DNA of 48,026 nt from Bacteroidia bacterium (GCA_044448685.1 JBIOHC010000030.1:1-48026); one strand, 5' to 3'; counted from the stretch's first letter, positions 37,864 through 48,026 are shown. Numbers and translations are program-made. Notes: a model not told the origin generated them from the sequence alone.

Positions 37864-38682
37864 TTAATGAAAGACTAAGATAGCAACGATAACCGCTGCT
37901 ACTGCGAGCGCGATTATTCCGATCCCGATCCAAAACAGGATAGAGCCAAGTAATTTTCCCAGATGGGCCTTTGCATAATATTTTTCAACCAGGGCTGAAT
38001 CCCCCTCCATCATCCTCAGGGCTTTCTTCCCGGAATAGCGGGCAATGATGCAACAAACAATGGCCAGGAGATAAAACAAACTAGCTATTGCGCTACCTGC
38101 CAATGCAAGTATAATGGTAAGTACTACAGCAGCCCAGGTCATGAAACCGGTTGTATAACTTAATTGAGAATTTGATTTAACCATAATCTCCAGTGTCGGG
38201 TCGGAACCCAACTCGGAAAGTTTGGTATCGGGTTGTTGGGTTTTCTTTTTTTCATCCTCCTGCTTCCCGACTTCACGAATCAGTCCGCCGGCATAGTGAA
38301 TCTCTTTCACCCGTTTTTTATGAATGATATGTACAGGGCCGTCCGGATAGTCGCAGGTCTTGTATTTGATCTGGGTTGCTTCAATGCTGATATTCAGTGC
38401 CAGGATATGTTCACCGGAATTCATAATAAGGGTATCACATCCCGGGCCATCCGCAAGGGGAGAAGGAGGGTTGAGGTATTCTTTATTTGCAGAGGCTGTT
38501 AGATCTGCTACTTCGGAAGTATCAGCAGTTCCTGCATGAATTTTCTGGGCAGCCTTTTTTTGAACGGAGATCTTCCGATCACTGTTATGCTCATGATAAT
38601 AACCGCCTGTATACAGTCTTTTCTGGACGGTGCATCCGAAAAGTAACAAGGAAAGACAAACAAGGAGAAGGTTGTGTTTCAT
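37864..38682 (-). CDS. Lipoprotein paralog 1 with conserved 'QKRLYTGGYYH...GCDT' module and C-terminal multi-TM segment
   Basis: Lipobox-like 'LLFGC'. It shares motifs with the next gene, and its C-terminal third holds 2-3 hydrophobic helices. Confidence 0.55.
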   Translation of the reverse strand: MKHNLLLVCLSLLLFGCTVQKRLYTGGYYHEHNSDRKISVQKKAAQKIHAGTADTSEVADLTASANKEYLNPPSPLADGPGCDTLIMNSGEHILALNISIEATQIKYKTCDYPDGPVHIIHKKRVKEIHYAGGLIREVGKQEDEKKKTQQPDTKLSELGSDPTLEIMVKSNSQLSYTTGFMTWAAVVLTIILALAGSAIASLFYLLAIVCCIIARYSGKKALRMMEGDSALVEKYYAKAHLGKLLGSILFWIGIGIIALAVAAVIVAILVFH

Positions 38683-38703
38683 CGTAAGAAATACTAAACA
38701 GGA

Positions 38704-39345
38704 TCAGTTTCCTAAAGCCGAAATACCCAGGCTTACTCCTACTACAACGGCAATGACAATGATTACCCATAAGACCGTTTTGGCAAAAGAGCTGCATCCG
38801 CTCTCATCCGAACTACGGTCCCTGCCCTGTTTGACAACCGGGCTGTTCTTCATGACTGAATTGGCCGGAGGCGTATATTTTTCATCCAGTACATTCAGAT
38901 GTTCATTGGCAGGTATGGAGCGTCTGCCGTCTGAATAATGTATGGAACCTACCTTGCTTTTCATGACATCATGCGGAAGAGCAGTGGTATTGTTACAGGT
39001 TTTATAGCGAACCATCTGAAGGGTCACATCCACAATTTCGGCTACAATGATTTTTCCGTCATTCAGGAATATGGTATCGCATCCTCCGGTAAGGAGGATA
39101 CGCTTGGAATGCGAGAATGTGGTATGTTCCGGTGAAGGGTTTATTTCATCCGATACAGTTGATGGGACAGGGGTTTTTGATCGGCCGGGAAGTGTTGCAG
39201 CAGCATCTTTATTGCGGTCATGGTAATAGCCGGCAGTGTAAAGGCGTTTTTGTATAGAGCAGGAACTGCATAATACCACCAGCACGATAAGAATAAGGCT
39301 ATTTTTAAAGAAAGCAGGTTTCGGGAAAACAGTGGATATTGCCAT
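38704..39345 (-). CDS. Lipoprotein paralog 2 with conserved 'QKRLYTAGYYH...GCDT' module and one C-terminal TM helix
   Basis: Lipobox-like 'LCSSC', motifs shared with paralog 1, and the C-terminal 'TVLWVIIVIAVVVGVSLGISAL'. Confidence 0.55.
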   Translation of the reverse strand: MAISTVFPKPAFFKNSLILIVLVVLCSSCSIQKRLYTAGYYHDRNKDAAATLPGRSKTPVPSTVSDEINPSPEHTTFSHSKRILLTGGCDTIFLNDGKIIVAEIVDVTLQMVRYKTCNNTTALPHDVMKSKVGSIHYSDGRRSIPANEHLNVLDEKYTPPANSVMKNSPVVKQGRDRSSDESGCSSFAKTVLWVIIVIAVVVGVSLGISALGN

Positions 39346-39391
39346 AATGTATTAAAAGTAGCAAAAATCCCGATTCTAACTTCGCTGTCTA

Positions 39392-39416
39392 GTCTTACGT
39401 CTTGTGTCTTACGTCT
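39392..39416. repeat. 11-bp direct repeat GTCTTACGTCT x2 at the secA 3' end / lipoprotein-operon upstream region
   Basis: Copies at 39392..39402 and 39406..39416. Confidence 0.7.
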
Positions 39417-39418
39417 GG

Positions 39419-42400
39419 TTACTTTCCGTGGCAGTTCTTAAATTTCTTACCGCTGCCGCAAGGGCATGGATCATTACGGCCTACCTTGGGGTCCTGACGT
39501 ACCACCTGTTCAACTTTCTGACGTTCAGGCTGAACCTGCTGACTGGAAGCCGGTGTTTCGCTGCGGCTTGTTTGCAGTTTCTGCTGTGGTTCATGACGGG
39601 GTTCATGTACCTGTTGCATGGGTTGTTCCTGTTCATTGGGCAGATTGGCTTTGGCCAGGAAGGAAACGATTTCCTTATTGGTACGGGCCATCATCTGTTT
39701 AAACAATTCAAAAGATTCGAATTTATAAATCAGCAAAGGGTCTTTCTGCTCATAAACGGCATTCTGAACACTCTGTTTAAGGTCATCCATTTCGCGCAGA
39801 TGCTCTTTCCAGGCATCATCAATTAATGCAAGGATCACACCCTTTTCCATACCCAACACAAGCTCGCGGCCATGTGTTTCAAAAGCTTTTTTCAGATTAA
39901 CTAGTACCTGCAGGTTACGGATTCCGTCACTGAAAGGTGTTACGATATTCTCAAAGCTGTCGCTTTGGTTTTCATATACATCCCTTATTACAGGGAATGA
40001 GCGTTCTGCAATCTGTTGAGATTTTTTGTGGTAATGTTCCAGGGCTTGCTGGTACACTTTATCACTTACTTCAACAGGGGGTAGTTTCAGGAATTCTGCT
40101 TCCTGAAGGGGAGGCTCCATGCTGAAGGTACGGATAAGCTCCAGTTTGAAACCCTCAAAATCACTTTGTCCGTGAAACTCCCCGACGATATTTTCGCTCA
40201 CATCAAAAATCGTATTGGCAATATCGATGGCAAGGCGTTCACCGAAGAGAGCATGGCGGCGTTTCTTGTAGATAACTTCACGCTGGGCATTCATCACATC
40301 ATCATACTCAATGAGGCGTTTACGGATGCCGAAATTGTTTTCTTCCACTTTACGCTGAGCACGTTCAATGGATTTGGTAATCATACTGTGCTGTATCACT
40401 TCTCCCTCTTCAAGTCCGAAGCGGTCCATCATTTTGGCAATACGGTCAGAGCCGAACAGACGCATTAGATTATCTTCAAGGGAAACGAAGAACTGGGAAG
40501 TTCCCGGGTCGCCCTGACGTCCGGAACGACCGCGGAGCTGTCTGTCTACACGGCGGGATTCATGACGCTCGGTACCGATAATAGCCAGACCACCAGCATC
40601 CTTCACACCGGTTCCGAGTTTAATATCCGTACCACGACCGGCCATGTTGGTGGCGATGGTCACAGTTCCTGCTTTACCGGCTTCTGCAACAATATCGGCT
40701 TCTTTCTGGTGGAGTTTGGCATTGAGGACATTGTGCTTGATACCTCGCAGTTTAAGCATACGGCTCAGCAATTCAGATATTTCAACGGATGTTGTACCGA
40801 CCAGTACAGGTCGTCCTTCCTTAACCAGCTTATCAATCTCACCGATAACGGCATTGTATTTTTCCCGGGTTGTTTTATATACCAGGTCTTCCATATCCTT
40901 ACGGGAGATAGCTCTGTTGGTAGGAATTACCACCACATCGAGTTTATAGATAGACCAGAACTCACCGGCTTCCGTTTCAGCTGTACCGGTCATACCGGCC
41001 AGTTTATTATACATACGGAAGTAATTCTGAAGCGTTATGGTGGCATAGGTTTGGGTGGCATCCTCTATCTTCACATTCTCTTTGGCTTCAATTGCCTGGT
41101 GGAGCCCGTCGGAATAGCGACGTCCTTCCAGGATACGGCCGGTCTGCTCATCCACAATTTTTATTTTCCCGTCCATGACCACATATTCCACATCCTTTTC
41201 AAACAAGGTATAGGATTTAAGAAGCTGGTTCATGGAATGTATGCGTTCGGCTTTTACGGCATAGTCGCGCAGTACTTCCTCTTTCTTTACAACCCTTTCT
41301 TCGTCGTTGAGGGGGCCTTTTTCCAGTTCGGCAATTTCAGAGCCTATATCAGGAAGTACAAAGAATTTATGGTCATCGGCATTTGAGCTTACCAGTTCTA
41401 TACCCTTTTCGGTAAGTTCAATGGTATTATTCTTTTCATCGATAACAAAGAAGAGTTCCGCATCAACTTTATGCATTTCCTTACTCTGGTCCTGCATATA
41501 ATAGCTTTCCGTTTTCTGAAGCAGGGCTTTGACTCCTGTTTCACTCAGGAATTTAATAAGGGCTTTGTTTTTAGGCAGGCCTCTGTGAGCACGGAGGAGG
41601 GACATTCCGGCTTCCTTTTCCTTTTTGTCGGCAAATAATTTTTTTGAATCGGCCAGAATGGTATTGACATAGTTACGCTGAGCAGAAACCAGCTTTTCAA
41701 CCTTAGGCTTAAGTTCATTGAAAAGGTGGTTGCCACCTTTAGGAGTCGGGCCGGATATGATGAGGGGGGTACGGGCATCATCAATCAGGACGGAGTCAAC
41801 CTCATCCACAATGGCATAGTTATGGCGGCGCTGAACCAGATTTTCCGGGGTACGGGCCATATTATCGCGCAGGTAATCGAAACCGAATTCATTATTGGTT
41901 CCGTAAGTGATATCGGCCATATAAGCCGCTTTACGCTCGTCAGAGTTGGGTTCGTGCTTATCTATGCAGTCGACTGTAAGGCCATGAAATTCGAAGAGGG
42001 CACCGTTCCATTCGGCATCCCGTTTGGCCAGGTAATTATTTACGGTAACTACATGCACACCACGTCCGGGAAGGGCATTGAGGTAGAGTGGGAGTGTGGC
42101 GACAAGTGTTTTACCTTCACCGGTAGCCATTTCAGCAATCTTACCCTGGTGCAGTACCATACCTCCGATGAGCTGTACATCGTAATGTACCATATCCCAT
42201 TTAATCTGGGTTCCGGCGGCATCCCATGAATTTTGCCAGAAGGCCTTATCGCCTTCAATTTTTATATGCGCTCTTTCTGTAGCCAGGCGTCTGTCATTGT
42301 CACTGGCTTTTACTTCCAGTACTTCATTTTCCTTGAAACGGCGTGCCGTTTCTTTTACTACGGCAAAGGCTTCGGGCAGAAGTTCATTGAGTATTTCCTG

Positions 42401-42709
42401 GATTTTCTCAGTCACTTTTTTCTCGAGCACATCCACTTTCTCATATTCTTTTTCTTTTTGCTCTATATCAGTCTGAGGAGCCTCGGCCTGGGCTTTGAGG
42501 TCGCTTATTTCTTTCTCTTCAGCCTGAATATAGTCGGCAATACGTTTTTTAAATTCAGCCGTTTTGGCACGCAGCTGATCATTGCTGAGTGATTTCAGGG
42601 TCTCGAACGACTTAGTCACTTCCTCCACAACAGGGTTGAGGAGTTTGATGTCGCGGTCTGATTTGTTGCCGAAAAGATTGGTGATACGTTTGGTGAGGAA
42701 ATCTAACAT
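39419..42709 (-). CDS. secA: Preprotein translocase ATPase SecA
   Basis: 1096 aa with DEAD-like motor motifs and the C-terminal zinc-binding tail '[14 protein letters not shown]'. Confidence 0.95.
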   Translation of the reverse strand: MLDFLTKRITNLFGNKSDRDIKLLNPVVEEVTKSFETLKSLSNDQLRAKTAEFKKRIADYIQAEEKEISDLKAQAEAPQTDIEQKEKEYEKVDVLEKKVTEKIQEILNELLPEAFAVVKETARRFKENEVLEVKASDNDRRLATERAHIKIEGDKAFWQNSWDAAGTQIKWDMVHYDVQLIGGMVLHQGKIAEMATGEGKTLVATLPLYLNALPGRGVHVVTVNNYLAKRDAEWNGALFEFHGLTVDCIDKHEPNSDERKAAYMADITYGTNNEFGFDYLRDNMARTPENLVQRRHNYAIVDEVDSVLIDDARTPLIISGPTPKGGNHLFNELKPKVEKLVSAQRNYVNTILADSKKLFADKKEKEAGMSLLRAHRGLPKNKALIKFLSETGVKALLQKTESYYMQDQSKEMHKVDAELFFVIDEKNNTIELTEKGIELVSSNADDHKFFVLPDIGSEIAELEKGPLNDEERVVKKEEVLRDYAVKAERIHSMNQLLKSYTLFEKDVEYVVMDGKIKIVDEQTGRILEGRRYSDGLHQAIEAKENVKIEDATQTYATITLQNYFRMYNKLAGMTGTAETEAGEFWSIYKLDVVVIPTNRAISRKDMEDLVYKTTREKYNAVIGEIDKLVKEGRPVLVGTTSVEISELLSRMLKLRGIKHNVLNAKLHQKEADIVAEAGKAGTVTIATNMAGRGTDIKLGTGVKDAGGLAIIGTERHESRRVDRQLRGRSGRQGDPGTSQFFVSLEDNLMRLFGSDRIAKMMDRFGLEEGEVIQHSMITKSIERAQRKVEENNFGIRKRLIEYDDVMNAQREVIYKKRRHALFGERLAIDIANTIFDVSENIVGEFHGQSDFEGFKLELIRTFSMEPPLQEAEFLKLPPVEVSDKVYQQALEHYHKKSQQIAERSFPVIRDVYENQSDSFENIVTPFSDGIRNLQVLVNLKKAFETHGRELVLGMEKGVILALIDDAWKEHLREMDDLKQSVQNAVYEQKDPLLIYKFESFELFKQMMARTNKEIVSFLAKANLPNEQEQPMQQVHEPRHEPQQKLQTSRSETPASSQQVQPERQKVEQVVRQDPKVGRNDPCPCGSGKKFKNCHGK

Positions 42710-42897
42710 GATAGAAGGGTCCGTTTTGTCAATTCATTCAAAAAAGGCACACAAAAGTACTTTATTTACAGGAATATAAGAAATGGTCTTTCCCCTTGTA
42801 AATGAAAGTTTTAGCCGCATTCAGGCGGGTTATGGCGCAGGGTATATCAATAACCATACAAAGCCGGGAAGTGCTGACGTACTGTCAGGTTAACGAA

Positions 42898-42922
42898 AAG
42901 AGGGAGCCAGGGGCTCCCTCTT
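42898..42922 (-). terminator. Rho-independent terminator candidate after the DUF2795 gene
   Basis: Perfect hairpin agagggagcc-agg-ggctccctct, followed on the minus strand by a T-run (the plus strand shows 'aaaag' before the stem). Confidence 0.55.
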
Positions 42923-42946
42923 ACCGGATTTTAAAGTGCAGCAGAT

Positions 42947-43168
42947 TTAATATTCATCTTCGTTAAAGAAGAAGTCTTCCTTGGTAGGGTAATCCGGCCA
43001 GATCTCTTCAATGGATTCATAAGCTTCCCCTTCATCTTCAATCTCCTGAAGATTTTCAATCACTTCCATAGGAGCTCCTGAACGGATAGCATAGTCAATC
43101 AGTTCATCTTTGGTGGCGGGCCAGGGAGCATCTTCCAGATAGGAGGCCAATTCAAGTGTCCAGTACAT
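42947..43168 (-). CDS. Small acidic DUF2795-like protein
   Basis: 73 aa; 'YWTLELASYLEDAPWPATKDELIDYAIRSGAP' resembles the DUF2795 family as I recall it. Confidence 0.5.
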   Translation of the reverse strand: MYWTLELASYLEDAPWPATKDELIDYAIRSGAPMEVIENLQEIEDEGEAYESIEEIWPDYPTKEDFFFNEDEY

Positions 43169-43226
43169 ATATTAAGACAATTTACTGTTAGAACGAAAAA
43201 AGCGTATGCATGTTACAGCCGGAATC

Positions 43227-43260
43227 AAAAAACCATGAATTCTGTTATGCCCGGGAATTC
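43227..43260 (-). terminator. Weak terminator candidate after the PduO-type gene
   Basis: Two self-complementary GAATTC hexamers with CCCGGG between them. On the minus strand they are followed by TTTTTT. Confidence 0.25.
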
Positions 43261-43331
43261 GTGCAAAAGTAGAAATTTATTGATAGCTTGAAAATTTCCG
43301 GTGAAAAAAAGGGGGATTCTTGAAAACTTAA

Positions 43332-43880
43332 TTATGTGCGTGGTTTCCAGGGAGTTTCTTTTGCCTTCAGATCCATTGTCCACTGACGGGAAAGGACAAA
43401 CAGATAATCAGACAGGCGGTTGAGGTAGATGACCACCAGTTCGGCAACAAATTCATTTTCTCCGAGTCTTAATACAGCCCGTTCGGCTCTGCGGCATACA
43501 CAGCGTCCTATATGGCAGTATGAAACGGAAGGGTGCCCGCCGGGTAATACAAATGATTTCATTTCCGGCAGGTGTTCATTCATACGGTCTATTTCCTTTT
43601 CAAGCAGGGTGATATCGTCCTCTTTCAGATCCGGTATTTTTGCCTTTGATTTGGCCGGGTCAGAAGCCAGGGAAGAACCCATGGTGAAAAGCCTGTCCTG
43701 TATTTCAAGCAGGGTTGAGACAGTTTGTTCTTCTGTTGTCTGATCACGGAGAAGGCCTATCCAGGAATTCAGTTCATCAACTGTTCCGTAGGCTTCAATA
43801 CGGATATGATGCTTAGGTACCCGGGTTCCCCCAAGCAGGGATGTCTGTCCTTTATCTCCGGTTTTTGTATAAATCTTCAT
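43332..43880 (-). CDS. PduO-type ATP:cob(I)alamin adenosyltransferase (MMAB-like)
   Basis: N-terminus '[23 protein letters not shown]' and the 'RRAER' region are typical; 182 aa. Confidence 0.8.
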   Translation of the reverse strand: MKIYTKTGDKGQTSLLGGTRVPKHHIRIEAYGTVDELNSWIGLLRDQTTEEQTVSTLLEIQDRLFTMGSSLASDPAKSKAKIPDLKEDDITLLEKEIDRMNEHLPEMKSFVLPGGHPSVSYCHIGRCVCRRAERAVLRLGENEFVAELVVIYLNRLSDYLFVLSRQWTMDLKAKETPWKPRT

Positions 43881-44578
43881 GCATGCATGATTTGGGAATT
43901 CAGGACATCACTTTCGATGAGCCCGTCCTTCAGCCTTACAATACGATGGGCATATTTGGCAATATCCTCTTCATGGGTAACAAGGATAATCGTATTTCCC
44001 TTACGGTGTATCTCTTCAAAAAGTCCCATGATTTCGACAGAGGTTTTGGAATCCAGGTTTCCCGTTGGCTCATCAGCAAGGATGATAGCCGGATGGTTTA
44101 CCAGGGCACGGGCAATAGCTACCCTCTGCCTCTGTCCACCCGATAATTCATTGGGTTTATGATCCATACGGTTACCCAGACCAACCTGATCCATTACTTC
44201 TTTTCCTCTTTTTTCCCTGTCTGTTTTTTTAATTCCTGCATAGACTAACGGTAAAATGACATTATCCAGGGCAGTAGAACGTGGCAGGAGATTGAAGGTC
44301 TGGAAAACAAAACCTATTTCCTTATTCCGTATCCGGGCCAGCTCATTATCACTCATATTGGCTACTGAATGGCCGTTGAGTATATATTCTCCCTGGCTGG
44401 GTGTATCCAGACAACCCAATACATTCATGAGTGTAGATTTTCCGGATCCGGAAGGACCCATAAGGGCTACATATTCATTCTTGTTTATCTCGAGTGAAAT
44501 GGATCTCAGGGCATGTATGGTCTCTGAACCGATTACATAATTACGTGCAATCTGGCTGAGGCTAATAATGGATGACAT
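43877..44578 (-). CDS. ABC transporter ATP-binding protein (LolD/MacB-like)
   Basis: Walker A 'GPSGSGKST', signature 'LSGGQRQR' and Walker B '[11 protein letters not shown]'. An ATGA overlap joins it to the downstream PduO-type gene. Confidence 0.85.
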   Translation of the reverse strand: MSSIISLSQIARNYVIGSETIHALRSISLEINKNEYVALMGPSGSGKSTLMNVLGCLDTPSQGEYILNGHSVANMSDNELARIRNKEIGFVFQTFNLLPRSTALDNVILPLVYAGIKKTDREKRGKEVMDQVGLGNRMDHKPNELSGGQRQRVAIARALVNHPAIILADEPTGNLDSKTSVEIMGLFEEIHRKGNTIILVTHEEDIAKYAHRIVRLKDGLIESDVLNSQIMHA

Positions 44579-44619
44579 AGTCTTAAATATTGGAATAAAG
44601 GTAAAGAATTCATTCAGAA

Positions 44620-45405
44620 CTAATAGCGAAGTGTGAAATGCTGTTTTTCCTGACCTTTACGAAAAAAAACGAGGCCCATAAAAAACAGATCGGCTGTTAC
44701 CGTAACGGCTTCATGGGTTTTGATTTCTTCCCACGCTTCCGTCATCTCGTCTGACCAGTGAATATCATCAAAAATAAAAACAGAATCTTCCCCGGCTTTT
44801 TCCAGACATTGTCTGAAATAATCCAGAGTAGGTGCTTTGCGGTGATTCCCGTCAAAAAAAACAAGTCCTGCTACAGGCATTTGTTTTAAAGCCAAAGGCA
44901 GTTTTTCTTCAAAAGAGCCTGTCATGAGCTGTATGTCCGGAGCCCCAAGCCGGATAAAATTTTTCCATGCCTGTTCAGCAATGCAGGGGCTGCCTTCGAT
45001 AGTAATCAGGCTGGCCTCGGGATGTCCGGCATGCAGGTACAGACTGCTGATTCCTGTGCTGGTGCCCAGCTCCAGTATATAATCAGGCCGGAAGCGGGCG
45101 CTGAGCCTGTATAAGAGCCTTGCATAGCGGGCCGATTTGGATGTGTTCCGGGTGATGCTTTTGAGGGAGCGCTTTTCAGGTTTTCCTGAAAAAGAACCGG
45201 CACCAAGATCAAGAACATCCAGTTCCTCTCCTGAGGACAGCAGTTCTTTACGGAGTTGTTCTATAGGATGATGCACCTCTGTTTTTTGATCCTTCTCAAT
45301 CACTTCTGTCATCAGGCTGAACATGAAAGGGCTGTGCAGATCATGCCTTGTTGAGGCATGAATATAATAAAGGAGGTAGCGGTACAGAATGCGCAGATGA
45401 TTCAC
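44620..45405 (-). CDS. Class I SAM-dependent O-methyltransferase (family 3, caffeoyl-CoA OMT-like)
   Basis: '[14 protein letters not shown]', 'ITIEGSP' and '[16 protein letters not shown]' match the OMT family-3 pattern. Confidence 0.7.
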   Translation of the reverse strand: MNHLRILYRYLLYYIHASTRHDLHSPFMFSLMTEVIEKDQKTEVHHPIEQLRKELLSSGEELDVLDLGAGSFSGKPEKRSLKSITRNTSKSARYARLLYRLSARFRPDYILELGTSTGISSLYLHAGHPEASLITIEGSPCIAEQAWKNFIRLGAPDIQLMTGSFEEKLPLALKQMPVAGLVFFDGNHRKAPTLDYFRQCLEKAGEDSVFIFDDIHWSDEMTEAWEEIKTHEAVTVTADLFFMGLVFFRKGQEKQHFTLRY

Positions 45406-45440
45406 GCCGTGAAATTAAGAATTCTGCTTCAGAGCTGTAC

Positions 45441-46118
45441 TCACGGTTGTATGCGGCATACTTCGGTAACCGAATTACGGATTTTGTAGAGCTCACTCGT
45501 GGCTTGTTCCGGATAGACATCTGTAAAGGCATCTTCAGCACCTGTACAAATGTCGGGGAAGAGGCTGTATTTTTCCGTTTGCAGAAAAGGTACCTGTACA
45601 ATATTCTTCAGCAGGCGTGCTTTCTCTGCTTCATAATTTTTTATCTGAACCTTGTCTTCATTTGTCTTTGCGATATAAAAATCCCCTCCTTTTTCACTGA
45701 GAATGGAGTCATAGAGGGTTTCAATTTTAAATTTGGCGGGTAGCCTGGAAACCTGCATATAGGTTTTCTTATTCTGATCTTCTGCAGCTTTGATAGCTTT
45801 CAGGGTCCATTTCGTATCGAGGCGGTATGAAATCATGGCACGGGTACGTTTGCCTGTCTTCTTAAAATTGGCAGCCCGCTCTTCGGCATTCATTTTTTTG
45901 ATCTGGGCCTGCATATTCATTTTGTTGACCGATTTGGTCCAGACAGAATCCTTGCGGTAAATTACCAGTTTCTTGTCTTTGAGTTCCATGACCCATCCTT
46001 CCGGAACCTGGGAACGGATATTTTTCAATACAGCATCCGATTCTATTGTTTGAGCAACAGCTGGTTGGAGGAATGCCAAAAACAAAAAAGAGATAAGCAG
46101 GATAGTGCGCATGGTCAT
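45441..46118 (-). CDS. Hypothetical secreted protein
   Basis: An internal Met starts the signal peptide 'MRTILLISFLFLAFLQPAVAQ'. The ORF-track start at 46184 would overlap the upstream gene. No recognisable motif. Confidence 0.45.
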   Translation of the reverse strand: MTMRTILLISFLFLAFLQPAVAQTIESDAVLKNIRSQVPEGWVMELKDKKLVIYRKDSVWTKSVNKMNMQAQIKKMNAEERAANFKKTGKRTRAMISYRLDTKWTLKAIKAAEDQNKKTYMQVSRLPAKFKIETLYDSILSEKGGDFYIAKTNEDKVQIKNYEAEKARLLKNIVQVPFLQTEKYSLFPDICTGAEDAFTDVYPEQATSELYKIRNSVTEVCRIQP

Positions 46119-46159
46119 GATTTTACCATACGAAGGTAGAAAAAAGGCGGGAAAGCCGG

Positions 46160-48026
46160 TTAATGCCCGAAAAGCATAAACCATCCCTGGTGATTATAAA
46201 CCTTTTTGTCAGCACCCTTAGCTTTCAGGATATAATAATAAGTACCGTTTGATGCAGGTTCTCCGGCAATGGTACGTCCATCCCAACCATCGTCGGGAGA
46301 TCGGAGCTCTGACAACTGCACACCCCAGCGGTCATAAATGATCACATCGAATTCTGTAATACCCATGCTGGGGAAGAGGAACAAATCGTTGGAGCCGTCA
46401 CCATTGGGAGTAAATACATCCGGGAAATGTATCCAGGATGTCTGATCGCTTACCGTAATAAGCATGGAATAGGTATCTGTACATCCCGTTGCGTTAGTCA
46501 CGGTAAGTACTACTGTATATGTTCCTCCGGTTCCAAAAGTGTGTACAGCCCCTGCTCCGGTAGCTGTTGATCCATCACCGAAATTCCACGACCAGGTGGT
46601 AGCCGATGCGGAACTTGTATTGGTAAAGTGAACAGTAAGGGAAGCATTACCTGAGGTGCTGTCGGCGGTGAAGCCTGCTGTTACACTGCCAACATTAACA
46701 GTTGTTACCGCACTGGAAGTCCCACACCCGTTAGAGGCGGTGACTGTATACGTTCCGCTGGCAGCAGCATAAATGGATGTTCCTGTTTGTCCTGTGCTCC
46801 AGCTGTATGAAGCTCCTCCGCTTGCAGTAAGCAACAGGGAATCGCCGTGGCAAATCGTACCTCCTCCTGTTACAGAGGCTAAGGGTAATGGATTGACGGT
46901 GATGACCGAAGCGGTGCTGTTGCTTCCGCATCCGTTGGTAACTGTCACGCTGTATGTTCCGGCTGTGCTCACTGTTATACCTGCTGTGGTTGCTCCGTTA
47001 CTCCAGCTATAGGTTCCTCCTCCTGTTGCCGTCAGTGTAACGGTACTGCCCTGGCAAAAGGTGGTAGGTCCGGAAGCTGTGATGGATGCTACTGGAGCTG
47101 CGCCACTGGTGGTGATAACAGCAACTGTTTGCAGAGAGCAGCCGTGTGTATCGGTGATAGTACAGGTGTATGTGCCTGGTGCCAGGTTGGAAGCTGTGGC
47201 AGCAATGCCGCCGGAGGGGCTCCAGCTATACGCATAACCTCCGCTTCCTCCGCTGACAGTGGTGTTGGCCGCTCCGTTATTCATGCCACAACTGGCAGCG
47301 GTAAGCGCTGTGGTATCGGTAAGAACTGTTGGCTGTGTAAGTGTTACCGAAGAGCTGGAAACACATCCGTTGGCATCTGTAATGGTACAGGTATAATTTC
47401 CGGAAGGGAGGTTGCTGGCACTAACAGCTGTTCCGCCGGTTGGTGACCAGGAATAGGTGAAAGGGCCCGTACCTCCGCTTATACTTGCAGTTGCCGATCC
47501 GGTGCTGCCTCCGTTACATAAAACATTAGCACTTGAAGCGATACCTGCAGTTCCTCCTGAATTCGAATTAACGCTTACCCCAATACTTTGCAAACAGCCT
47601 TTGGAATCCGTAATTGTAACCGAATAGCTGCCGGCTGTGATAGCCGTTGCTGTTGCTGTTGTCTGAACCGGCGTGGTGTTCCAGGAATAGGTATAAGGTA
47701 CTGTTCCTCCGCTGACATTGGCTGTAGCCGATCCGTTGGCGGTACCACAGCTGGATGCGGTAGTGGTGGTGCTTACAGCAAATGCAGCAGGTTGGGTGAT
47801 ACTAACGGTCGAACTCGTAACGCAGTTATTGGCATCGGTGATAGTGCAGGTATAAGTGCCGGAAGTAAGATTGGAGGCCGTGACTGCAGTGCCGCCTGCA
47901 GGCGACCAGGAATAGGTGAATGGCCCTGTACCTCCTGTGATACTTGCTGTAGCTGTTCCGCTTGACGATCCGTTACAATTTACATTTGTACTGGATGCAA
48001 TACCTGCTGTGCCTCCGGAATTGGAA
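46160..48026 (-). CDS. T9SS cargo protein with SprB-like Ig repeats and gliding-motility-type C-terminal sorting domain; N-terminus beyond the window
   Basis: C-terminal 'FTPNGDGSNDLF...YDRWGVQL...NGTYYY' is the type-B T9SS CTD. There are at least 6 repeats with 'SGGTGPFTYSWSP...GxYTCTITDxxGC'. The reading frame stays open upstream of 47593 by manual translation. Confidence 0.8.
   Translation of the reverse strand, partial: SNSGGTAGIASSTNVNCNGSSSGTATASITGGTGPFTYSWSPAGGTAVTASNLTSGTYTCTITDANNCVTSSTVSITQPAAFAVSTTTTASSCGTANGSATANVSGGTVPYTYSWNTTPVQTTATATAITAGSYSVTITDSKGCLQSIGVSVNSNSGGTAGIASSANVLCNGGSTGSATASISGGTGPFTYSWSPTGGTAVSASNLPSGNYTCTITDANGCVSSSSVTLTQPTVLTDTTALTAASCGMNNGAANTTVSGGSGGYAYSWSPSGGIAATASNLAPGTYTCTITDTHGCSLQTVAVITTSGAAPVASITASGPTTFCQGSTVTLTATGGGTYSWSNGATTAGITVSTAGTYSVTVTNGCGSNSTASVITVNPLPLASVTGGGTICHGDSLLLTASGGASYSWSTGQTGTSIYAAASGTYTVTASNGCGTSSAVTTVNVGSVTAGFTADSTSGNASLTVHFTNTSSASATTWSWNFGDGSTATGAGAVHTFGTGGTYTVVLTVTNATGCTDTYSMLITVSDQTSWIHFPDVFTPNGDGSNDLFLFPSMGITEFDVIIYDRWGVQLSELRSPDDGWDGRTIAGEPASNGTYYYILKAKGADKKVYNHQGWFMLFGH

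Noticed and set aside
31597-37933. Calling the gmhA-to-DegT stretch a single LPS/capsule operon
   Set aside because: The YifB/ComM ATPase gene interrupts it, and strand orientation alternates (+, +, -, +, +, -). It is better described as a loose neighbourhood of glycan genes than as one system.
1-48026. tRNA, rRNA, transposase, integrase and phage genes
   Set aside because: No T-loop-like GGTTCGAATCC-type motifs and no cloverleaf candidates were seen in the intergenic regions. No rRNA-like stretches, no ORFs with DDE or tyrosine-recombinase motifs and no terminal inverted repeats bracketing a gene were seen either.

Overview
This is a 48 kb chromosomal segment that looks like Bacteroidota. 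Supporting signs are a T9SS-type C-terminal sorting domain with SprB-like repeats, an OmpA protein with TPR and PD40 repeats, a kynurenine-pathway KMO next to nadK, several TAnnTTTG -7 promoter motifs, and weak Shine-Dalgarno signals. It is gene-dense, with about 42 CDS, and mostly housekeeping: a feoB 3' part, fumC, pdxJ, nadK, secA, gmhA, manC-like, queE, a YifB/ComM ATPase, flotillin, and aminotransferases. I saw no rRNA, tRNA, CRISPR array, transposase or integrase.

The accessory-looking parts are:
- A TonB-dependent receptor locus with an AT-rich Fur-box-like leader, a small secreted helical protein, a six-unit 21-bp tandem repeat array with a 16-bp perfect palindrome, and a secreted amidohydrolase.
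- A glycan-biosynthesis cluster (GT4, GT11 alpha-1,2-fucosyltransferase-like, DegT-type aminotransferase) that embeds a small lipoprotein with two CxxCH motifs.
- Two tandem paralogous lipoproteins sharing a 'QKRLYTxGYYH...GCDT' module, apparently co-transcribed with the DegT gene next to secA.
- An 1123-aa protein that appears to fuse an uncharacterised N-terminal domain, TolB/PD40-like propeller repeats and an Omp85-like C-terminal barrel.
- A deoxyhypusine-synthase-like gene lacking an obvious catalytic Lys, divergent from an orphan receiver protein.
- A small ORF translationally coupled (ATGA) to KMO, immediately upstream of a flotillin gene.

Every functional call is from reading the translated ORFs by eye. 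No database search was possible.
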